Assembly: GCF_048593235.1 (NCBI RefSeq) | Contig: NC_133621.1 | Coordinates: 79,723,148 to 79,787,147 of the forward strand | DNA length: 64,000 nucleotides | Origin: Sminthopsis crassicaudata | Lineage: Eukaryota | Reading direction: 5' to 3' | Shown here: positions 38,851-50,670 of the stretch, in pieces | Position numbering within the stretch: the stretch's first letter is position 1 | Layout: each line of letters begins with the position of its first letter | Position numbers and translations under genes: made by a program | Notes under the pieces: model-generated | Database searches by the model: none | What the model was told of the DNA's origin: nothing | What the model saw: only the letters and a program-made list of their open reading frames with translations

Positions 38851-39802
38851 TCTCTCTGTTGATACTTCTCTGTCATGTACTTACTGTGTATTCTAACTAT
38901 GTATTATAACAATTTCGCTCTTATGGTCTCTGCCCTCATAAAGCATAGAGTCTATCTTTTTAATACTATTCTCTACATTCATTAATGTTTTTTTGAGTTG
39001 AATGGAATTCAAGATTATCAGAGACTTAAATAGTTCTATGGACTAAGGGCTTTAAGAAAAAAAACTAAACATTGATTTACATACTGGGCAGTATCCCCAG
39101 AAAAATGTAATGGAAAATTCATAGAGGTGAAGGGGAAAAATAAATATTTATATAGCACCAATTATATTTCACTTAGCATATTAAATGCTTTATAAATATA
39201 ATTTCATTTGATCCTCAATTCCACTCCCCCCTGGTGAGGTAGGCGCTGTTATTTTCTCCATTTTTACAGTTGAAAAAACTGAGGTAAAGAAAGGTTAAAT
39301 GACTTGCCCAAGATCGCACAGCTTTTATGTGTCTGAAGTCAGATTTGGATTTAGGTCTTTTTGACTGCAGGACTGGAGTTCTATGCTCTATATTATCTTG
39401 CTGTTTGTCATAGTATTAGGCAAATTAGTCCATAGGCCTTCAAAAATGAGACGCATGGGGTGAAAATTCAAGAGGAAGATTTATTGATATAAAATCAAGG
39501 CAATATTGAGCCCTTTGCAAATATAGTTGTCTTTTGATTAGTAATAATGGCTCAAAATGCCTAAATTAAACTAGATATGCCAAAAAATAATTTTTCCCTA
39601 TTTTTAATGGAACTTCCAGTGAGTAGCGAAAGTGACTGAAGGAAGCTTTGCTTCCCTTTTCCATTCCCTTTCCATCTTTTGGTGCTGAGATAAATAGGCA
39701 ATGAAGAAGCCAAAGTTGTCCAAGAAAAAGGAGGACAAACCCAGGAGCTTATAGAATCCATAGACTACATACTAAATAATCAAATATCTTGTATTATTTC
39801 AG

Positions 39803-39928
39803 ATGTTCATACAGAAGCTGTCCAAGCAGCCCTGGCTAAACACAAAGAAAGGAAAATGGCAGTTCCAATGCCTTCCAAACGCCGCTCTCTGGTTGTGCAG
39901 ACCTCAATGGATGCCTACACACCTCCAG
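39803..39928 (+). CDS. DIP2C: DIP2C exon 4 (126 nt): (D)VHTEAVQAALAKHKERKMAVPMPSKRRSLVVQTSMDAYTPP
   Basis: Acceptor cttgtattatttcAG at 39801-39802, donor CAG|GTAAGT at 39929; diagnostic DIP2C sequence. Confidence 0.97.
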
Positions 39929-40443
39929 GTAAGTAAATGTGCCAACCTGTGGTCTTTGTTACTCAGGAGAATGTGCATGTACTTGTCGGAGCACATGGTG
40001 AGAAAATAATTGATTTGGGGTTTCTTGCTTAGGATTTTTTGTTTGTTTTTTTAAATTGTGGCGCTTTGATTTTGATTTTTCTGTGTTTATCAAGAAACAA
40101 TACATGTTACAATTTCATTTGAAACTCATTTCCTGGTAAGGTGGACAATCTTTACATCCTTAGTAATCTTTACATTCTTAGATGATATCTCTATGACATC
40201 CTTAATTACATTGCAGAGAGCAAATGTTTTAAGAAGCACCTTCTCTGTTCCTAGCATTGTGCTAAGCACTTCACAGATATTATTTCATTTGATCCCTTAG
40301 AACATACAATCCTTAAAGACAGTTTTGCTTTTGTCTTTTTATATAACGTTTAATGCAATGCCTGCAATATTGTAAGTGCTTAATTGCTTTTTTGTTTTGA
40401 GTGGATTGATTGAAACCATCAATCTGTGACTTGGATGCATTTT

Positions 40444-40606
40444 NNNNNNNNNNNNNNNNNNNNNNNNNNNNNNNNNNNNNNNNNNNNNNNNNNNNNNNNN
40501 NNNNNNNNNNNNNNNNNNNNNNNNNNNNNNNNNNNNNNNNNNNNNNNNNNNNNNNNNNNNNNNNNNNNNNNNNNNNNNNNNNNNNNNNNNNNNNNNNNNN
40601 NNNNNT
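40444..40606. other. Assembly gap (163 N) in DIP2C intron 4
   Basis: Run of N; T-rich flanks. Confidence 0.99.
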
Positions 40607-42107
40607 TCTTTTTTCCCTCCCCAAGTAATTGCTTTAACTCTTAACTTGTGGAGGCAGATCTGCCTTCCTCTTTTTCTTTGTCTTGAAAGAATTATAAGGA
40701 GCTAAAAGAATAGCAAAATAGCAGCATTACATGTAAACCAAAGTCAATAGTTGTTATTGAGGTCTGAACTCATCTTCCATATTTTATAGTTTAGCTCTAA
40801 GGCTCTGTGTATATTGAGAAATAGTGACATGGGACTTACTAAACTAACATTGTGTTCAGATTAATAATTTTACCTGTCCTCATTCAACTTCAAATGTCTG
40901 AACTTATACAGCCTAAAAATTATGTAATAGAACTCATTATATTGAAAATTTCCAATGTACCTCCATCTGTATTCATGGTTTATATGTGAGCTTTCAAATG
41001 ATTCTTTTATTAAGGACATGATTTTCTATTATTTATTTTTCTTTTGTGTGTTTAAATAGTAAATATTCTGCCTATTTGCAAACATCCTTGTAGCATATGG
41101 TGGATTTTAATCAATATATTTTATTTTATGATAAAATTTATTTCCATGCTTTCCCAGAATTTGCATAGCAAAGAAAATATGTCATTGTTGTAATTTTAAG
41201 TGTTAGATAATGGAAATATCTTTAAACTGGAAAAATGGGAAATAGTTAAAAGCCTAAGCAAGCTTGGAGACATGGGCCCTTCCTATAAACTTTTCTTTTT
41301 CTTTTTCTTTTTTTTTGGTAGAAATATATAAACTATATCAAAAGTAAGAAGCAATATGTAGTTACTTTACTTTTACTATCTGTGTATTTATGTGCTCATT
41401 TATATGTTTATATATGTATATTTCATAGAGAATTGTATCATATGTGTACATCTGTACATGTACACACATAAACACAAAACCCCATAAGTCATGACACAAG
41501 GTAAAGTCCTTGTATTTTAAATCTTCTTTGAGAACTGCACAGGTTCATTGGTGGAAGTCTTACTCTGGCTATAACATTTGCAAATGATTATTTGCATAGC
41601 ATTTCCATGCGCTCTGAATGAAGAATTTTGCAAATTGTCATCCCATCCAATCCAATCCAGACTGACAAACATTCCTTCTTGTCATCCAGCAGTCACGCAG
41701 GAGTCATAGTGGTGATTTCACATGAGATGGCTTTAAAACACCATACATGTCATGGTCAACATCATGCTTATTCAAAAAACATTTTTTTTGAGTGCTCTCT
41801 TTTGTGTTCAGTACTGCTCTCAGCCTTTTATAGCCACATCTGCTAATGCATAATCCAACTTCCACTTGTTTGCATTATTTTCCTTCCTGGGATCTTGGTG
41901 ACCTTTAGAACTTTGCTCAATAACATGTGAGTGTTTGCTTGGAATAAATGGCTCCTCTACCATTCTCTCCTTTCCTGGGTATTATCAACCCAGGCTGTTA
42001 TTGCTCAGTTTACTCTGAATTACTGTTTGTTTCCTTTGGGAAGGATTCCTTTAACGTTGCCTTAAGTCAGCGTGGCACATAAAAATAATTTACAGGGGCT
42101 ACCATTT

Positions 42108-42109
<2 letters not shown>

Positions 42110-42144
<35 letters not shown>
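42110..42144. repeat. (TG)n microsatellite
   Basis: Direct reading. Confidence 0.95.
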
Positions 42145-42147
<3 letters not shown>

Positions 42148-43278
42148 AATGGACAATTCACAATTCTTCACAAGCTACGTGGATCTTATAATTAACAGAA
42201 TTAATAATGCTTTTTATTTTATAATTTACAATAAAAGGAATAGAATCACAATTGCTTATAACTGGATCACATCTGTTTTTTTAGTGACTCGGTAATCATT
42301 AGCAGTGTGTACATTGATGTTCCACTAAGCAGTACATAGTTTTCCACATTTTATTTTCCAATTCCTTGTTCCCCAGGAGACACTCAACAATAAATAGGAT
42401 GCTGAATTTGAAGGGAAATCCTGATGTCTTGACATTCCTACCAGATGTGGCAAAATGTCTGGCATTTTTATTTGCAGCTCTATATGAGATGCAAACTAGA
42501 GATCCCTAATTCACAGTTAAAGTGCTAGACTTTCAAGGCATTTGCAGCTATGGCTCTCTTCTAGAATCCTATATGCAACTCAAATCTTTATTTGAATTAA
42601 ATAGGTTAAGGAGATGGCCAAGCTACCTGATGCTTATACTTTTTCTTGCTGAACTGGCATAGTTAAAATCAATTGGCTAGTCAAGAACTGGTTACTGAGA
42701 ATACCATAGGAGTGTAAAGCAAGGTATATGGAGCTGTGAGAACGTTAGCTTCTTGAGAACATTCTTTGTCTTTACAATCCCAGTACATCTTGCACAGTGC
42801 CTGACCTAGAGTCGCTCCTTAATGCTTTTTTCTTTTTCTTTTTTTTTTTTTGATTGAGTGAATAAGGAGTTATGAAGAGAGAATATTTGCATAATACCAT
42901 TCCTTCATGTAGAAGAAGTATATAGAAGAAAGGTACATTTCCTAGGAAGGGTTTGTTACTGAAGTATCAAGAGGTCTTCATTATAAAGTGCTTTTATGCC
43001 ATGTCAGTAAGCATTTATAAAGCTCTTATCATGTTCCAAGCACTGTGCTAAGCATTGGGGATTCAAAGAACAGGCAAGATAAGTTCTGTCCTCTTAAGAA
43101 GCTTAGAAATGGCCAAACATGCAAATGACTATTTTTGGGACAAATCTGAAGTAATCTCAGAGGGAAGGAATTGGGATTAATTTTGATGTATCGGAGTGGA
43201 AGTATCCCGCAGTAAAGAGATTAGAATTCTGTGATTATGGTCTCTTGATCATGAGAAATGTCTGGTCCTGGTTTCTTA

Positions 43279-43284
43279 ACTAAC
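43279..43284 (+). promoter_or_regulatory. Consensus branch point (ACTAAC) for the exon 5 acceptor
   Basis: ACTAAC with branch A at 43283, about 22 nt upstream of the AG and followed by a pyrimidine tract. Confidence 0.6.
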
Positions 43285-43305
43285 CTTGTCTATTTCCATC
43301 TATAG

Positions 43306-43515
43306 ATACCTCTTCGGGTTCAGAGGATGAAGGCTCTGTTCAGGGTGACTCCCAGGGAACTCCCACCTCCAGTCAGGGCAGCATCAACATGGAACACTGG
43401 ATCAGCCAAGCGATCCATGGCTCAACAACCTCCACCACGTCCTCCTCTTCCACGCAAAGTGGAGGCAGTGGGGCTGCACACAGACTGGCTGATGTCATGG
43501 CTCAAACACATATAG
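43306..43515 (+). CDS. DIP2C: DIP2C exon 5 (210 nt): (D)TSSGSEDEGSVQGDSQGTPTSSQGSINMEHWISQAIHGSTTSTTSSSSTQSGGSGAAHRLADVMAQTHI
   Basis: Acceptor cttgtctatttccatctatAG at 43304-43305, donor TAG|GTAAGC at 43516; in frame. Confidence 0.97.
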   Translation: MPLRVQRMKALFRVTPRELPPPVRAASTWNTGSAKRSMAQQPPPRPPLPRKVEAVGLHTDWLMSWLKHI

Positions 43516-44754
43516 GTAAGCAGAGGTTTACTTTGAGTTTTCAATAGCTCCACACTTCAAGGGATTGATGACTCTGCCTCCTTTTTGTTTTGTCCCTCAC
43601 ATCCCTGGCTTTAATTTTAACATATCCTCAGTGTTTTTACCACAGTGTAAAGTTCAGAGCCCTATTCTGTCTTCACTCCACTATGGCATAGAAACTTAAA
43701 GGTATGGCCTTCTTTCGATTGCCTTTGAAACTCTTTGCACTAAAGATTTTGTCCCTCGTTCTAAAATCCTAGAATTTTTTTAATCATTAAAAGAAAAAAA
43801 GCTCCATTCAATAGAGGACAACTATTTGTTCCTTAAAATCATTTTCCATTTATGTTTTGAACTTTCTTCTAAATGAAGCTTTAACCATGTTAGGAAATAT
43901 CAATAAGTATAATTATGATAAATTGGAGGAGTGTTGCATGGAAAAAGAAGCTTTGGCTCTACCTCAGTCAGCTTTTTGCTTTTTAATGATAGCTTACTTT
44001 TATATACAATTATTTTTCACTTGCAGACACTTTTTATATAAGGGACTTATGTAAGGCTTATATAAGGAGCCTAAAATGAAGATGGGTGATTTTCCAGTAT
44101 TTTATGGCTCATCAGAATCAGGATTTGAACCAAGGTGTTTCATGATTCCAACTCTAGTGTATTTACACAGCTTTGCATGCCATTGTTGAAAATGCTGTAT
44201 TCATAAAATTATAAACTTATATATATAATATAAATTCTATAATTCATATTGTGTATAAATGTATCATAAAATTGATATATAAGTTCTATGCGTTTAATAT
44301 ACATTTGATATTTATATATTTATGGAATATATACATATATTAACATAATTATAAAGTCTAGCAAATCTTTCTAATTGGATTGCTCTAAAGTTTTAGGAGA
44401 GTTCACCATGTACCCCCCAGCTTCTGCAACTTTGTCCACAACCTTCTCTTGAGAAGATTTTCTTATTCTTCCTCCCATTCTTACTGAGCAAAAAGTAATT
44501 TTTCCTTCTCCCAGTTCCCCTCAATACATTCCTTAAATCTCTTTTTTGTATTTGCCATATTTTCTCATGTATTATAATTACTTATCTCCCATATTGCCCA
44601 ATACTATATGATTAGATCTATAATTAAACATACTTGTTTCAAATCTTATCTTTTCCACTTTCCACTTCCTATCTGTGTGACTTCAGAGACCTCTTAACTT
44701 CTCTGTTATTTCATCTGTAAAATGTAAAATGAGAAGGCTCAGCTAGATCATTTC

Positions 44755-44785
<31 letters not shown>

Positions 44786-44927
44786 TGGATGAGGCAATTG
44801 AGGTTTAATGATTTACCCAGATTCACACAGCTATAAATTATTAAGTAAAATTCTTCAGGTGGACTTGAATTCAGTTCCTTTTGACTCCAGGGCTGGTGCT
44901 TTATCCATTGCACCATCTAGCTGCCCC
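44755..44927 (-). mobile_element. WSINE1-type SINE nested in a MIR-family element
   Basis: Long T tail, same body as 35621 copy; degenerate TSD agctagatcattt / agatagattgttt. Confidence 0.8.
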
Positions 44928-46934
44928 AGATAGATTGTTTTTATATCCCCACACAGCTCCAAGTCTCTCATTCTATGATGTCCTTTCGAACAATCCTCCT
45001 AGAGACATTACAAAAATAAAATGAAAAAAAATGGCTGTGAAAACTCTTTGGAAATATTAATGGCTGTTCACAATTTTAAGGTGTTGAAAATTAAATTTAC
45101 AGATCAGATTTCAGAGATATGAATTGTATGAAGTGAGCTCTAGTTAATATTTGAAATCATATTAGCCTAAAAGTTGAGCTCAAAGACATAAATGAAGGAG
45201 AATAAAATAACTGTAGTGCCTAGATTGGATCCCTGAAGAGGTTCTCATGTTCTATCAGCATGTTTTCATCCATCACCTGAACTATTAGATAAATAATTTT
45301 CTTCCTCCTCTACCTTGAAAACATTTGTATTCTACTTCAAATTTGTTTTTAAGGAAGTGCTTAGAACCTCACTGAGAGAAACAAATTTATGAACAGATTA
45401 ATCATTGTATTCTGTTACCCTTAGTGCCTTCACATCTTGGAATGTTGGAGGAAATTATAGTGTGGAGAATTAAATTTATCCAGACTATGAAAGGTTGCAT
45501 TACTCATTTACGTCAAGTCTCAATGTGGCCTAAATATAGCTTTGGAGTGTGTGACATTTTCAGTAATTTTTAATCTGGCACAGTAATAATGTCCCTGGAT
45601 ATCTGTAAGATTTCTGTAAATAGGGGTAGAATTTTTAGAAAAAATCAAAAAAGGGAAAATTATGTGACTTAATGAGGAAAGGGAAATAGAAATAACTTTT
45701 TTTTTCTTGAAACAGGATAAAAACCAGTCAGGAAAATGGCACCATTTGGTCTTATCTTGAGAGCTGCTAGTAGGCCTGATAATAAGAAAACACCAGAATG
45801 TTTTATTTTTGGAAGTAATGAGGAGTAAAGCCTAGGACTAACATCTATTCCCTAATTTTAAGCATTATTTAAATATGGAGAATTATTAATACCATAAATC
45901 TAGAGCTGAATGAGGAAGTCTGAAGATAGACAATGGAGAGATAGTTGAAGGTTCAGAAAATACTCATGACCCACAGAGAGAATTCTCATGGAAAAAATAT
46001 ATTTAATTATCCTTGTCTTACTCTCAGTTCTCTCCCCAATGCCTAAATGTTTATTTTAACAATAGAAATTATGTAAGAACACCACAGATTGTAGCTCAAA
46101 AATCAAAACTAATGAGACTTGTTTAGAGCTAGGTACAAAGACCTGTCCTGAAGTCACCCCATTTGAGTCTCCTCAGCTTCTCTTTATTGGTGGAGCTGAT
46201 CTGACATTATATGCACATATCCCTAGAAGTCCTGACAGTTACATCTCCCTATATTACCAGTGTTTCTCATGCATTAGTAAAGTAAGTTCTGTAAATAGAC
46301 ACTTTCCATAAATTTTCAGTCATGTGGGTACAGTTAGCATGTAACAGCAATTCACACTTAGGGCTGAAAAAAAGATGGGACCGCACATCACAATAGCTGC
46401 CCAGATCACCAGCTGAAGCATTATGAAGCTTTCATTCAAAAGAGGTCAGGGTGACTCCTGATCATCATCCAAGACCTTGTACTGAGCCATGTACATATCA
46501 CATCATGGCAGGGAGTGGACAAAGAGAATTTACCATAATCAGGGCATGGAAGAATTTGTCATCTAAGATTGATATTACCAACACCGATTTACCCACAGAG
46601 GGCTACCAGACAAGGAAAACATTAACCACATGTCTAGAGGGTAAAGGTGATTATACCATATCTATGTTCAGAATTACTGAATTTTTCTGATACAGAACAG
46701 GGTAAGTAACCAGGGAATTTCCAGCCCTCCCAAATAATAGACCCAGGCAAAAACCTGGTCAATAATGATTTCATTCTCTTTAATGAATTCCCTAGAATCC
46801 AGGCAACTAAAGTCTGTTTCAGCTCATTAGATTCACACACTGGAAGGCTGATAAAGAGGCAGACATTTACTTGTATGTATATATCATGGGAAATTAGGGG
46901 AATTATAGAGTAAAAATTGAAAGAGACCTCAGAT

Positions 46935-47143
46935 CTGGGACCTTTACTCTTTTTTTTTTGTTTATTTGTTTCATGGACCCGTTTTGGTGAAGCCTATGGA
47001 ACTTCTCAGAAAAATGTTTTTAAATACATAAAATAAACTACATAGTATGACAAAAGAAATAAAGATGTAGTGGTTTGTTCCTCCCAACCAAGTTTAATAG
47101 ACTCCCTGTAATCTGTCCATAAAGCTCAGATTAAGAACCCCCG
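46935..47143. mobile_element. Second old hAT-Charlie MITE (Charlie4-like), inserted in a MIR-like SINE
   Basis: catggacccgttttggtgaagcctatggaacttctcagaaaaatgtttttaaatacataaaataaa...agattaagaacccc; similar to 17805-18036. Confidence 0.6.
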
Positions 47144-47859
47144 CCTTGAGGCCATTGAATCCAATTTCTTCACTGTACAGATGTATAAAGGCTGAGAGAG
47201 ATTAAATAATTTACCTAATAAATCTCTGAGTTAGAATTTAGACTCAGATCTTCCTTTGTCTAATCCCAGTGCTCTATCCACTGAATCACTCAGCACCTCA
47301 GTGCTATTTTTAGACAACTATAGTGAAAACCAGTCAATAAAATTTTTATTAAATCTCATCTATGTAACTAGGCATAGTCCTAAATCCATGGCCTACAAAA
47401 AGAAGGAAAAGATAGTCTCATGTCCTCAAGGAACTCAAAATCTAAAGGATTATCTGCCTTATCGTGGACTAAGAATGACCCTGACTTCAGTAAGGGAATT
47501 CAGCGGAGAATATGTTGGAGCAGGTCTTACAAAACTATAAACTCTTTGAGTATGAATTGTACATCTGTTGTCTGATGTCTAACCTTGTTAAGTTCAGGCC
47601 AGCACAATAGCATGGTGTCTGTAGGGTGATTGATGTTTAGAGATAGTATTATGACTATATCTCAGGGGACATTTACCAGGTTGTAGAGAGGCTTTCAATG
47701 CATTGTCTGGGAAGGAGCTATACTAGTGAAACTGGATCAGTGAAATATTGAGGTATCATGAGGATCCATAAAATGACATCAATATCAAATAGATGATAAT
47801 GTACTTTGGCACATCCAATATATTTTAGAGTGTTTTCCAACTTCCAAAGGAGTGAAAGC

Positions 47860-48055
47860 ACACAAAGTGTCATGATCGGGGATGGTCCTGAAGAGTGACA
47901 GCCACCTGGCCATGGTGCACATGGTGATTCCACCTGTGGGGGTGGCTGAGACTGATGGATCTCTTGGTCTGTCAGCTCACCCAAGGAAGGGAAATCCATT
48001 TTAGGTTAGAAATAGAGCAGGTCAAAGCTTCTGTGCCAGTCAGAATGGGAGTAGG
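47860..48055 (+). mobile_element. RTE-associated marsupial SINE fragment (WALLSI/RTESINE-like)
   Basis: gtcatgatcggggatggtcctgaagag..gggtggctgagac..aaggaagggaaatccattttaggttagaaatagagcaggtcaaagctt; family name tentative. Confidence 0.4.
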
Positions 48056-50615
48056 AGTAGGAGTAGCTCTTGTGAATGAAACAGCTTGAAGGAAACTAAG
48101 AAAGGTAACAGTAACAGTGTTTCAAGCCATAAAAAAGGAAAATGAGAGAAAATATATTTTACTACTCATCTAGCAAATGTAGAATCAGGTCAGACCTCAT
48201 TCAGATTGATCTGCTGCTTCTGTTTAGGAATTGGAATGAAATCAAACATTCATTCATCTAAGTTTATAGAAAGGAAGCTGACTTTGCTTTAGAATAGCAT
48301 GGTAAATGCTGAGCTGGCCTTGGGGCCACAAGGGCCTGAGTTCAAAATCCACAACTGACACGTTTGGGTTCTATGACCCTCTGGAAGACAAAGAAGGTCT
48401 CATTGCTCTAGGTAGCACTTACACTATCCCTGACTGGTAAGGGAAATTCCTCACTGGCATTTCCTCTATCTCTAACCTCACAGCTTTGTTTTCTATTCTG
48501 TACATAGCCATAGCATAGAAAGAAAACTTAGCAAAAATACAGAATTGACTTAATTAATTATAGTTTCTTAAGTCTGTGTTAGCCATATTAGCCAGACTAA
48601 TCTAGCATGCGGGAAAACAACACCTGCCTTTTATTGGAGTAGTTTTGCACTTAGACTTCTATGAAGTTAAGTAACCTTCCAAAGGCTTAGTCTCCTACTT
48701 CAGTCTAGCCTTAAGGACTTTTTCCTTAAAACATTTTAAGGAAAAACTAGATAGTACTCCTGCTATGATCATATTTCTAAAGTTAAAAAATTAGAATGAA
48801 ACAAAATAGAAAATATATTGTCTTTTGGCATAAATGCTGGCTGAGTAACTGATTTGGTCAGATCACAAAATAGTATATATCAAATATGGTCCTTATACAG
48901 CGGGTCTTCCTGGCTATAATGAATGATTGAAAATCACTCACTATTATCCTTGGAGATCTGAAGACTTTCCCCTCAAACTGAACTTGCCTTCCATCAGAAG
49001 TCTTTGGGAGCCTTCTCATTAGCAAAATTTTCAAAGAAATATTTGCAATTTCTTGAGCTATTTTAGCAACTCAGTTGATATTAATGCTGCTTGCAGTGTT
49101 TGGGGTGCGTATCAATAAACAAATCCTCTTCAAATTTCTAGCATCTGTGTTCCCACTAGAAAGATGAGAAATCAAAAAGGTGATCATGTGCAAGTCAGAG
49201 AGTGAATGCAGAGTATGTTCCTCCTCATTGCATAATTAGATGAGAACCCAGAAATTGCACATTTTCATTCTATATTCTGCTTTACCAGCATATTTATTGA
49301 GTGCTTGAATGGCTTCAGTTGTGATAGTTAAATCCTCTAATTCATTAATGTGTACCCATCCTAAGTGTTGGGAATTGTTTGATAGCTTTCTGTTGATATT
49401 TCCAAATATATATGTATATATATTTTCAAAATACCAAATATATACATATTGAGGATGAGTAAACAACATTGGCAGGGATATTTAAATACTTCCTCTGCCC
49501 TCTCAGTGTGGGGACCAAACTTCTGTCTGGGAATTCCCTTTGGCATGAGTCTCTGAGGCTTGGGGCTTTCTTGCCAGAAAAGCCTTCATTGTTATGAAAC
49601 AAATGCCATTGGGAAAGTATGTTAGAGAAATGGACAAAAAGCAATTAACTCAGAAGACTAGGAATTCTTTTGACAAAATAGAGGTCTTCCATATAGACTT
49701 TTGGAACCATCAGCAGCATCATGGTTAGCATTTTTATAATACCTACTATGTTCCAGACACAATGCTTTACAAATATTAATTCATTTGATCCTCAACAATA
49801 ATCCATAGAAGTAGGTATTATCATTATCCCCATTTTACAGTGAAGGAAACTGAGGTAGACATATGATGAATGACTTCCCAAAATTATTTGCTAATTAGTG
49901 TCTTAAATTTGAATTAGAGCTCCCTGACTACAAAATTCAGGCTCCAAGAAATTTCTTTTTGTAGGTCTTTGTAAATGACTAGTGGAATGTCAGATTCTGG
50001 TTTTCTCTTCGACCTGGTACTGGCGGGATGTCTGGGGTAAAACTAGGGGATACATATGAGTAGCATGCAGTCTGACTCTGAAGTGCACAATGTCAAAATT
50101 ATCCTAGCAAGCTGAGTGATGTCGGCAGCAGAGTACCCTAGTGACAAGCTGCTGCCTTAGCCACGAATGTTTATGTCTAATACTGGCATCATATTATATA
50201 ATTAGTAATAAATCTGAGTCTAAGGAGAGACATATCCATTGACTTTTAGGTAAAATTCACTTTCTTTCCCTGTTATATGCTGAGGGACCACTAAAAATCT
50301 TAAGGAGCATTGGAACATTATCATTTTAAAACTGGGTAGACATGAGGAACTAAGCAGCATGAGAAATTAATCATTTTTAAGATAGATTTGAACATTGACC
50401 TGACATTTAAGAATTAAGCATTTCTGTAAATCAAGAATTTCCAAGGAAATGACTTTATTATTCTAAGGGAAGTTTACCTTGAAAAATATTTTGACCTTGA
50501 CAAAGTAAATTAGAATGTAGTAGTCTACTCTTAAGAAGATTGCATGAAATATAATGTTGAAACAACTACTACGTGCATATCTTGGGCTGGCTGAGTTGAG
50601 TTGAGGGATAGAGAG

Positions 50616-50617
<2 letters not shown>

Positions 50618-50666
<49 letters not shown>

Positions 50667-50670
50667 TGTG
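50618..50670. repeat. (TG)n microsatellite
   Basis: Direct reading. Confidence 0.95.

Noticed and set aside
46713-46722. Canonical NF-kB site GGGAATTTCC
   Set aside because: Single isolated motif with no supporting context
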